64,000 nucleotides of DNA from Macrostomum hystrix. Taxonomy: Eukaryota > Animalia > Platyhelminthes. The notes under the pieces were generated by a model. That model made no database searches. It was given only the letters and a program-made list of their open reading frames with translations, and had not been told where the DNA came from. The position numbers and the translations under genes were made by a program. Location: contig CATNEN010000001.1 in assembly GCA_950097015.1 (NCBI GenBank), forward strand, positions 10,912,001 through 10,976,000. The letters run 5' to 3'. This document shows, piece after piece, positions 1-11,183 of the stretch; positions within the stretch are counted from its first letter, which is position 1; each line of letters opens with the position of its first letter.

Positions 1-63
1 GAGTAATATTATTCTTATTCTATTTATAGTCTGATACGAGTACAATAGAGGGATCAGTTTGTG

Positions 64-3000
64 TCAGTTGATAGATTCTCCAGTAACCATGGCAACAAGA
101 ACAGTTGTGAGCCAGGCCAACAGCGCTACTCGAATGCTTGCCAACGGCCCAGCAACTGTTGTCGACGTAGCCTTGGTTGTAGTTGGGGCTGGCGGCTGCC
201 CGGTTGTTAGGCTGTCCGGAGCCTTCAGACAATTGCCTGTGCTGGAGTACCAACCCAGACAGGAGGCCGTCATGATCACGTGAGCAATGTAGGACTGCTG
301 ATGGACACTGTGAAACAGGTGTGCTCCGGGACCGCTGGCCATGACCGACACGTCTTCCGCTGCGTGGGATTCCGTGCTTCTTGGGATTAGGGTCGGGTAC
401 CTGGAGGAGAGAGGCTTGAAAATCTAGATAGTGTGGCCCGTATGTGATATTGTCTGTGGCTTGTGTAATCTATGGCTTGTGTAACCTGTGGCTTGTGTAA
501 CCTGTGGCTTATGTAATCTATGGCTTGTGTAACCCGTGGCTTGTGTAATCTATGGCTTGTGTAATCTATGGCTTGTGTAACCTGTGGCTTGTGTAATCTA
601 TGGCTTGTGTAATCGGTGGCTTGTGTAATCTATGGCTATGTTTAATCTAAGGCTTGTGTAATCTATGGCTTGTGTAATCTATGGCTTGTGTAACCTATGG
701 CTTGTGTAATCTATGGCTTGTGTAATCTATGGCTTGTGTGGTGAGCCATCGATCTCGTACCTCAAGCTATTGCTTGTGTTATCTATGGCTTGTGTAATCT
801 TACATGTAATCGTTGCGATCCTCTGGCGTATCCTCCGAGATGTTCCTCCTGGGCTGTCCGGCAGCCGCCCCCGGCCCGTCGCCGTACGTGGCTACGGTGT
901 ACTGCAGACGGTCCGATGCCGTGGCGTACCTGAGCGGTCGCTCGCTGGACATCACTTTGCCCAGTATTGGCTGGCCTCTAAATCCGTAGTAGCCAATGTT
1001 GAACACGTGGCTGTGATCTGCCGACACCACAATCAGCGTGTCCTCTGAGCTGGTCATCTCAATGGCAGCTCTGATCGCTTCGTCGAAGGCTACGACTTCG
1101 TAGAGGGCCCGCTGAGCCCTGTTGCCATGGTGACCGTTGTCGATTCGACCGCCTTCAACTAGCAGAGCGAAGCCGTTGTTGTTCTTAGAGAGGATCTGCA
1201 AGCTCTTTCTGGTCATGTCGGCCAGGCTGGGCTCCTTGTAACCCTGGGAGTTGATATTGACTACGTGGTACTGCATGTCCTGGATGGATGTCAGAGCTAG
1301 GACGGAGTCCACAGCGTCAGGCTCCAGGCTTCGCAGCTCATCCGCTGTTTCCAAGTACCGGGCCCGCCTGCCGAACTGTCGCTGAAGACTTTGCCAGCGG
1401 TCGATCAGATTGACGCCGTCAGATCTGGTGCCGTTGACTCGCATGCCAGTCGGTTGGTCGATTGTCGACGCATTCTTCGGAAGGAATTTTAGACGGCCGC
1501 CGCCCATCAGGACGGTGAAGTTCACGCCGCGGTGCACCATCTGGGTAGCGATGTCCGGGCAGGTGCGCCTCTGCTCGACCGTGTCCGGACTGGAGGTGTC
1601 CGAGTCGCGGTCCGTGTCATCCTGCCAACGTCGGCTGACGCAGCTGGCGTAGGCCGGGGCGGGGGTTGCGCCAGTCAGGCTGCTGGTGGTCACAACGCCG
1701 GTTGAGCGGCCCTTGGATGCATTTTCGGGATACGGGATTTCAAATTTATAGAGGAAATCCCGAAATAGAGGAAATTTAGAGGAAATCCCTATTTAGACGA
1801 AATCCCAATTTAGAGGAAACCATAAATTAGAGGAAATACCAAGTCAGGGGGAAATCCCAATTAAGAGGAAATCCCATTTTTGACGAAATCCTAATTAAGA
1901 GGAAATCCCAATTTAGAGGAAATACAAAGTGAGGGGAAATCCGAAATTATTAAAAGAGAAAATAATAGGATACCAGAATCTATTTTAATTGCAAATTACA
2001 AGGAATCCCAAGTTAGTGGTAATCTCAAATTAGTGGAAGTACTGAATCATACTATCGAAAAGAATTCAAAGTGGATAAATATAATAAGCTATTTCACCTG
2101 ATCGGAGGCGTGCTTAAGAAACGAGACAACATCGTGTTGAGCACTGTTGTAAGTGGAGCAGCTACCCAGCTGAGCATTCTGATTCACCCCCAGTGTGTAG
2201 AAGTTGGTCTTAACGCCGCAGAGGAAAGCGGTGGCGGTGGCTGCGCTGTCAGGTGTCTGCCTGTCAACATTGTAGGTTCTAATGAGACCTGCGTGGTCGA
2301 ATTCGTCAAAAACCAGCGATGCCTCTTCACCCGAGGAGTTCTGGAGTTGGCCCTTCAAAATTCGGCCCGCTGTCACGGTGCTGATGCCCATGCCGTCGCC
2401 GATGAAAAGGATGACATTCTTGGCTGCGTAGCGGAGACGACTCAGCACCCGACTGGCTCTGTCCATCGACTGCCGGGCCTCGCTGCAAAACAGCAGCGAT
2501 GATCTGATTAGATTCTAAGACTTATAGCTCTTGTCTAGAGATAAATAATCCGTGGCTTGTGCAATCTATGGCTAATGTAATCTATGGCTTGTGTAGTTTA
2601 TGGCTTGCGTAATCTATGGCTTGTGCAATCTATGGCTAATGTAATATATGGCTTGTGTAATTTATGGCTTGCGTAATCTATGGCTTGTGTAATCTAGCGA
2701 CTCAAACTCTCACCTATAGAACTGTGTCTACAATCTCATCTATAGAACTGCGTCTACACTCTCACCTATAGAACTGTGTCTACACTCTCATCTATAGAAC
2801 TGTGTCTACACTCTCACCTATAGAACTGTGTCTACACTCTCATCTATAGAACTGTGTCTACACTCTCATCTATAGAACTGTGTCTACACTCTCATCTATA
2901 GAACTGTGTCTACACTCTCATCTATAGAACTGTGTCTACACTCTCATCTATAGAACTGTGTCTACACTCTCACCTATAGAACTGTGTCTACACTCTCATC

Positions 3001-3478
3001 TATAGAACTGTGTCTACACTCTCACCTATAGAACTGTGTCTACACTCTCACCTATAGAACTGTGTCTACACTCTCATCTATAGAACTGTGTCTACACCCT
3101 CATCTATAGAACTGTGTCTACACTCTCATCTATAGAACTGTGTCTACACTCTCATCTATAGAACTGTGTCTACACCCTCATCTATAGAACTGTGTCTACA
3201 CTCTCACCTATAGAACTGTGTCAGCTGTGTCATGTATATGAACTGCAAATGTAATTCGCACAAACAAACCAGAAGTAATTAAAGGAATTGCATTCGCACC
3301 TGTGCCAATACTCAGGCGTCTCGTAAGCAGGCCTGGGATATAATCGCGGCTGATTATCTGCTAATGGGACTTGCCTGTAAGCTTGTTTGTTGTCAGCACA
3401 CTCGCTCAGATGGCTGTGTATCACTGCGGCTAGTAGAATGATTGACATTAGCAACACTTTCAAGGCCGATTGTCTCAT
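64..3478 (-). CDS. Alkaline phosphatase paralogue 1 (signal peptide, probable GPI anchor); exons 3478-3300, 2482-2098, 1711-804, 400-64; ~602 aa
   Basis: AP motifs AKNVILFIGDGMG, PDSAATATA (catalytic Ser), VEGGRIDNGHH, ADHSHVF, ESHAAEDV. GT-AG junctions have matching phases (2,0,2) and sum to 1809 nt. Hydrophobic N- and C-termini. Confidence 0.93.
455..800. repeat. 16-bp minisatellite TATGGCTTGTGTAATC in ALP1 intron 3
   Basis: Direct tandem copies running up to the donor site at 803. Confidence 0.9.
1748..2035. repeat. Degenerate ~20-bp repeat (TTAGAGGAAATCCCAAT-like) in ALP1 intron 2
   Basis: Recurrent GAGGAAATCCC motif. Confidence 0.6.
2551..2696. repeat. 16-bp minisatellite (same unit as 455-800) in ALP1 intron 1
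   Basis: TATGGCTTGTGTAATC tandem copies. Confidence 0.85.
2707..3222. repeat. 26-bp minisatellite CTCTCATCTATAGAACTGTGTCTACA
   Basis: About 20 near-perfect tandem copies. Confidence 0.95.
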
Positions 3479-3740
3479 TGTGTTTTAGAGGGTCGGGAAT
3501 ATTGTCTAGCTGGAATGAATAAACACTGACTAAGAGCAAAATAGTTTATTCTGACAATATTGTAACCATTGAAACTTCTTTTAAGCAACTGTAACCTCTT
3601 CGAAAAAAAATTTACTTGGCTGTTCTTAGCTGTACAAAGATATGAAATCAGTGCGTGAAGTTCAATGTTCGTTTCTTCGCTACAAGTAAAAACTTGAAAT
3701 TTTTACTGATAACAAACCCGCGGTAAGAAGAACTCAAGTT

Positions 3741-4173
3741 GGAAATGGAATGAAATGGAATGAAACCGAACGAAATGGAATGAAATGGAATGAAATGGAA
3801 TGAAATGGAATGAAATGGAATGAAATGGAATGAAATGGAATGAAATGGAATGAAATGGAATGAAATGGAATGAAATGGAATGAAATGGAATGAAATGGAA
3901 TGAAATGGAATGAAATGGAATGAAATGGAATGAAATGGAATGAAATGGAATGAAATGGAATGAAATGGAATGAAATGGAATGAAATGGAATGAAATGGAA
4001 TGAAATGGAATGAAATGGAATGAAATGGAATGAAATGGAATGAAATGGAATGAAATGGAATGAAATGGAATGAAATGGAATGAAATGGAATGAAATGGAA
4101 TGAAATGGAATGAAATGGAATGAAATGGAATGAAATGGAATGAAATGGAATGAAATGGAATGAAATGGAATGA
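3741..4173. repeat. 10-bp satellite (GAAATGGAAT)n between the two ALP genes
   Basis: Near-perfect tandem array of about 43 copies. Confidence 0.97.
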
Positions 4174-4278
4174 AGAAATATAATTAAAATGAAGTTAAAT
4201 CTAGTATATATATTTTCATGCAGATAGGACACTGTAAATCAGAAAGTTGCGCACTTCGATTCATATATAGTTATTGCT

Positions 4279-7200
4279 TCAAAACGAAGGCAAAAAGGTC
4301 ACAAAATTATAAGTCATGATTGAGAGCATTATCGACACAGCAGATGCCGACATTAAAGCTGGCGAGGCTTTTGTAGTTGTAATCCCAACTTGATCAGTAG
4401 TCGAACTAGCCGACTCCGGAGCTCTCAGACAATTTCCTGTCTGAGCATACCAGCCCAGACATGCCGACTTCATGATCACATGGGCTATGTAAGACTGCTG
4501 GTGAACACCTTGAAATAGGTGAGCTCCGGGACCCCTGGCGTACACTGACACATCCTCGGCTGCGTGCGACTCGGAATGCCGCGGCACAAATGCTGGATAC
4601 CTGTGAGGACCGACATGGAGTAGAAACTCATCCTGATGTGGACACTCACTGTGGGAATGTGGACACTCACTGTGGGAATGTGGACACTCACTGTGGGAAA
4701 GTGGACATTCACTGTAGGAATGTGGACACTCACTGTGGGAATGTGGACACTCACTGTGGGAATGTGGACATTCACTGTGAGAATGTGGACATTCACTGTA
4801 GGAATGTGGACACTCACTGTGGGAATGTGGACACTCACTGTGAGAATGTGGACACTCACTGTGGGAATGTGGACACTCACTGTAGGAATGTGGACACTCA
4901 CTGACAGTGGGAATGTGGACACTCACTGTAGGAATGTGGACACTCACTGTGGGAATGTGGACACTCACTGTGGGAATGTAGACACTCACTGTGGGAATGT
5001 GGACACTCACTGTGGGAATGTGGACACTCACTGTGGGAATGTGGACACTCACTGTAGGAATGTGGACACTCACTGTGGGAATGTGGACACTCACTGTGGG
5101 AATGTGGACACTCACTGTAGGAATGTGGACACTCACTGACAGTGGGAATGTGGACACTCACTGTAGGAATGTGGACACTCACTGTGGGAATGTGGACACT
5201 CACTGTGGGAATGTAGACACTCACTGTGGGAATGTGGACATTCACTGTAGGAATGTGGACATTCACTGTGAGAATGTGGACATTCACTGTAGGAATGTGG
5301 ACATTCACTGTGAGAATGTGGACACTCACGGTAGGAACGTGGACGCTCACTGTGGGAATGTGGACATTCACTGTAGGAATGTAGACATTCACTGTGGGAA
5401 TGTGGACACTCACTGTGGGAATGTGGACATTCACTGTAGGAATGTGGACATTCACTGTGGGAATGTGGACACTCACTGTAGGAACGTGGACGCTCACTGT
5501 GGGAATGTGGACGCTCACTGTAGGAATGTGGACGCTCACTGTAGGAATGTGGACACTCACTGTAGGAATGTGGACACTCACTGACAGTGGGAATGTGGAC
5601 AATTTCGCACCTGTAATCCTCTCGATCCTCAGGTAGATCCGCATTGATATTGGCTCTAGACTGGTTGACCCGGGCACTGGGTCCATCGCTGTAGCTTAGC
5701 ACAGTTTTCTGTAGACTGTCAGCTGCCTTTTCGTATTCTAAGGAGCCATTGCTAGCCTTTGTAATAACCTTGCCGAGCACTGGCTGGCCTCTGTAACCAT
5801 AGTGACCAATGGTAAATACATGACTGTGATCCGCCGATACAATGATCAGCGTGTCGTCAGCGTTGGTGACTTCGGCAGCCACTTGGACAGCTTCATCGAA
5901 GGCCAGAACATCGTAGAGAGCTCGCTGAGCTTGATTGGCGTGGTGGCCGCTGTCGATGCGAGCGCCCTCAACCATCAGGGCGAAGCCTCTGGGGTTCTTG
6001 GCCAGAACTTCAAGGCTTTTCCTGGTCATGTCGGCCAAACTGGGTTCCCGATAGCCTGCCGATTGGATGTTAGTCACGTGATGCTGCATCTTTTTGGTTG
6101 CTAGGAGACCAAGCACGCTGTCAACTGAGTCGGCCTGTAGATTTTTCAAGTCGTCAGCAGTTTCAAGGTAAGCTGAGCGCCTGCGGAACTGGGCCTGTAG
6201 TTGCCGCCATCGATGCACCAGATTGACTCCGTCCGATCGAGTACCGTTGACTCGAACTCCGCCAAACTGATCCTCCGTTGTGACATTGTTCGGCAGAAGT
6301 TTCAGCCTTCCCGCACCCAGCAGCACCGTAAAATTCACGCCTCGATGAACCATCTGGGTGGCGATGTCCGGACAGGCTCGCCTCTGCTCGACGGTGTCCG
6401 GGCTGGAGTCGTCCGTGTCACGATCGGTGTCGTCCTGCCAAACTCTGCTGACACTGCTGGAGAATGCTGGAGCAGGAGTAGCTCCGGTCAGCTCGCTGGT
6501 GGTCACAACGCCCACTGATCGACCCTGGAGATCAGAGGTTAGCAACAGACTCAATGAAGGATCAGAGGTTAGCAACAGACTCAATGAAGGATCAGAGGTT
6601 AGCAACAGACTCAATGAAGGATCAGAGGTTAGCAACAGACTCAATGAAGGATCAGAGGTTAGCAACAGACTCAATGAAGGATCAGAGGTTAGCAACAGAC
6701 TCAATAAAGGATCATAGCAACAGACTCAATGAAGGATCAGAGGTTAGCAACAGACTCAATGAAGGATCAGAGGTTAGCAACAGACTCAATGAAGGATCAG
6801 AGGTTAGCAACAGACTCAATAAAGGATCAGAGGTTAGCAACAGACTCAATGAAGGATCAGAGGTTAGCAACAGACTCAATGAAGGATCAGAGGTTAGCAA
6901 CAGACTCAATGAAGGATCAGAGGTTAGCAACAGACTCAATAAAGGATCAGAGGTTAGCAACAGACTCAATGAAGGATCAGAGGTTAGCAACAGACTCAAT
7001 GAAGGATCAGAGGTTAGCAACAGACTCAATGAAGGATCATAGCAACAGACTCAATGAAGGATCAGAGGTTAGCAACAGACTCAATGAAGGATCAGAGGTT
7101 AGCAACAGACTCAATGAAGGATCATAGCAACAGACTCAATGAAGGATCAGAGGTTAGCAACAGACTCAATGAAGGATCAGAGGTTAGCAACAGACTCAAT

Positions 7201-9921
7201 GAAGGATCAGAGGTTAGCAACAGACTCAATGAAGGATCAGAGGTTAGCAACAGACTCAATGAAGGATCATAGCAACAGACTCAATGAAGGATCAGAGGTT
7301 AGCAACAGACTCAATGAAGGATCAGAGGTTAGCAACAGACTCAATGAAGGATCAGAGGTTAGCAACATACTCAATGAAGGATCAGAGGTTAGCAACAGAC
7401 TCAATGAAGGATCAGAGGTTAGCAACAGACTCAATGAAGGATCATAGCAACAGACTCAATGAAGGATCAGAGGTTAGCAACAGACTCAATGAAGGATCAG
7501 AGGTTAGCAACAGACTCAATGAAGGATCATAGCAACAGACTCAATGAAGGATCAGAGGTTAGCAACAGACTCAATGAAGGATCAGAGGTTAGCAACAGAC
7601 TCAATAAAGGATCAGAGGTTAGCAACAGACTCAATGAAGGATCAGAGGTTAGCAACAGACTCAATGAAGGATCATAGCAACAGACTCAATGAAGGATCAT
7701 AGCAACAGACTCAATGAAGGATCATAGCAACAGACTCAATGAAGGATCATAGCAACAGACTCAATGAAGGATCATAGCAACAGACTCAATGAAGGATCAT
7801 AGCAACAGACTCAATGAAGGATCAGAGGTTAGCAACAGACTCAATGAAGGATCAGAGGTTAGCAACATACTCAATGAAGGATCAGAGGTTAGCAACAGAC
7901 TCAATGAAGGATCAGAGGTTAGCAACAGACTCAATGAAGGATCAGAGGTTAGCAACAGACTCAATGAAGGATCAGAGGTTAGCAACAGACTCAATGAAGG
8001 ATCAGAGGTTAGCAACAGACTCAATGAAGGATCAGAGGTTAGCAACAGACTCAATGAAGGATCAGAGGTTAGCAACAGACTCAATGAAGGATCATAGCAA
8101 CAGACTCAATGAAGGATCAGAGGTTAGCAACAGACTCAATGAAGGATCAGAGGTTAGCAACAGACTCAATGAAGGATCATAGCAACAGACTCAATGAAGG
8201 ATCAGAGGTTAGCAACAGACTCAATGAAGGATCAGAGGTTAGCAACAGACTCAATGAAGGATCATAGCAACAGACTCAATGAAGGATCAGAGGTTAGCAA
8301 CAGACTCAATGAAGGATCAGAGGTTAGCAACAGACTCAATGAAGGATCATAGCAACAGACTCAATGAAGGATCAGAGGTTAGCAACAGACTCAATGAAGG
8401 ATCAGAGGTTAGCAACAGACTCAATAAAGGATCAGAGGTTAGCAACAGACTCAATGAAGGATCAGAGGTTAGCAACAGACTCAATGAAGGATCATAGCAA
8501 CAGACTCAATGAAGGATCATAGCAACAGACTCAATGAAGGATCAGAGGTTAGCAACAGACTCAATGAAGGATCAGAGGTTAGCAACAGACTCAATGAAGG
8601 ATCATAGCAACAGACTCAATGAAGGATCAGAGGTTAGCAACAGACTCAATGAAGGATCAGAGGTTAGCAACAGACTCAATAAAGGATCAGAGGTTAGCAA
8701 CAGACTCAATGAAGGATCAGAGGTTAGCAACAGACTCAATGAAGGATCATAGCAACAGACTCAATGAAGGATCATAGCAACAGACTCAATGAAGGATCAT
8801 AGCAACAGACTCAATGAAGGATCATAGCAACAGACTCAATGAAGGATCATAGCAACAGACTCAATGAAGGATCAGAGGTTAGCAACAGACTCAATGAAGG
8901 ATCAGAGGTTAGCAACAGACTCAATGAAGGATCAGAGGTTAGCAACAGACTCAATGAAGGATCAGAGGTTAGCAACAGACTCAATGAAGGATCAGAGGTT
9001 AGCAACAGACTCAATGAAGGATCAGAGGTTAGCAACAGACTCAATGAAGGATCAGAGGTTAGCAACAGACTCAATGAAGGATCATAGCAACAGACTCAAT
9101 GAAGGATCAGAGGTTAGCAACAGACTCAATGAAGGATCAGAGGTTAGCAACAGACTCAATGAAGGATCATAGCAACAGACTCAATGAAGGATCATAGCAA
9201 CAGACTCAATGAAGGATCAGAGGTTAGCAACATACTCAATGAAGGATCAGAGGTTAGCAACAGACTCAATGAAGGATCAGAGGTTAGCAACAGACTCAAT
9301 GAAGGATCAGAGGTTAGCAACAGACTCAATGAAGGATCAGAGGTTAGCAACAGACTCAATGAAGGAGAGTTGAGTTGGTACTTTACAGAATACCTCACTC
9401 ACCTCATCTGCTGCGTACTTCAGAAACGAGTGCACATCGTGCTCAGCGCTGTTGTAGGTCGAACAACTGCTCAATCGGGCGTTCTGATTCACTCCGATTG
9501 TGTACTGGTTGGTCTTGACTCCGCACATGAACGCTGTCGATGTTGATCCGCTGTCAGGTGTCTGCCTGTCCGTGTTGTAGGTTCTAATCAGTGCGGCGTG
9601 GTCGAATTCGTCAAACACCAGCGATGCCTCTTCGCCCGAGGAGTTCTGGAGTTGGCCCTTCAAAATTCGGCCCGCTGTCACGGTGCTGATGCCCATGCCG
9701 TCGCCGATGAAAAGGATGACATTCTTGGCTGCGTAGCGGAGACGACTCAGCACCCGACTGGCTCTGTCCATCGACTGCTGCGCCTCTCGAGGCCAGAAAT
9801 CTGGAGTCTCGAAGCTCGGTCGCGGGTAGAGTCGTGGCGACTGGTTTGCACTACTGACTACATTTGCAATGAGTAGTATTGTCAGAAGGAGCTGCCGAAA
9901 ATCAATTGAAAATTGCCGCAT
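4279..9921 (-). CDS. Alkaline phosphatase paralogue 2; exons 9921-9403, 6524-5611, 4600-4279; ~584 aa; probable 5'UTR intron 9940-10804
   Basis: AP motifs AKNVILFIGDGMG, PDSGSTST, VEGARIDSGHH, ADHSHVF, ESHAAEDV. Phases 0 and 2 are consistent (1755 nt). Signal peptide MRQFSIDFRQLLLTILLIA and hydrophobic C-terminus. Confidence 0.93.
4636..5600. repeat. 21-bp minisatellite GGAATGTGGACACTCACTGTG filling the last ALP2 intron
   Basis: About 45 tandem copies. Confidence 0.96.
6529..9365. repeat. 30-bp/25-bp minisatellite ATCA(GAGGT)TAGCAACAGACTCAATGAAGG filling an ALP2 intron
   Basis: About 100 copies of two length variants with higher-order blocks. Confidence 0.97.
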
Positions 9922-9974
9922 TGTCCACGCTTTTATTGTCTGTGGGTAAAGCAAATGTACTTTTAATGCCATTA

Positions 9975-10780
9975 AAAGAGATAAGACACAGGAGAGATGA
10001 GACACGTGAGAGATGAGACACTGGAGAGATGAGACAGGGAAGAGATGATACAGGGAAGTGATGAGACATTGGAGAGATAAGACACTGGAGAGATAAGTCA
10101 CTGGAGAGATGAGACACGGGAGAGATGAGACATGGGAGAGATGAGACACGGGAGAGATGAGACACGTGAGAGATGAGACACTGGAGAGATGAGACACTGG
10201 AGAGATGAGACACGGGAGAGATGAGACATGGTAGAGATGAGACATGGGAGAGATGAGACACGGGAGAAATGAGACATGGGAGAGATAAAACACAGGAGAG
10301 ATGAGACACGGGAGAGATGAGACACGGGAGAGATGAGACATGGTAGAGATGAGACACGGGAGTGATGAGACATTGGAGAGATAAAACACAGGAGAGATGA
10401 GACACGGGAGAGATGAGACACGGGAGAGATGAGACATGGTAGAGATGAGACATGGGAGAGATGAGACACGGGAGAAAGGAGAAATGAGACATGGGAGAGA
10501 TGAGACACGGGAGAGATGAGACACGTGAGAGATGAGACACTGGAGAGATAAGACACAGGAGAGATAAAACACGGGATAGATGAGATACGGAAGAGATAAA
10601 ACACGGGAGAGATGAGACGGGGGAGAGATGAGACAGGGAGAGATGAGACACGGGAGAGATGAGACAGGGGAGAGATGAGACACGGGAGAGATGAGACAGG
10701 GGAGAGATGAGACACGGGAGAGATGAGACAGGGGAGAGATGAGACACGGGAGAGATGAGACAGGGGAGAGATGAGACAGG
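9975..10780. repeat. 16-bp minisatellite GAGAGATGAGACACGG
   Basis: Tandem degenerate copies; reverse complement of the array at 22540-23535. Confidence 0.93.
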
Positions 10781-11183
10781 GTAACTGCATGTGAGCTGGC
10801 TTACCTTCAGAATTTAGCAGACTGAAAATCGACACCTTCTCGTGTGAAATCGAATATATAAGTAGGCCTTTATTCAACATAAAATCTATATATGAAGGTC
10901 ATCTCTTTTTATGTTTGTAAATGTCCAGTATGGCCTGTCATGTGGCTTCACTAGTGAAGCTTGTATCGTGTTTTGAATCAAGCACGAGGTCAACATTGTG
11001 GCGCACGTGTGCAACCCTGCCTGCGATTAGATGCGGCAAGACATGCTCAGAAAAATTGCGCAAAGCTTCTAAAAAACTGTTTTCTGAAAATTGAAAAACA
11101 GATACGAGCTTTAACATTTGTCCCAAAAAGTTAAAGTTTTGATTAAGCCGAAAACACTTGCCGCAATCTTCTAATTTAAAATT

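Noticed and set aside
3741-4173. Similarity to human satellite III (GGAAT)n
   Set aside because: A simple alternating pentamer that arises easily by convergence; no evidence of contamination or centromeric role.
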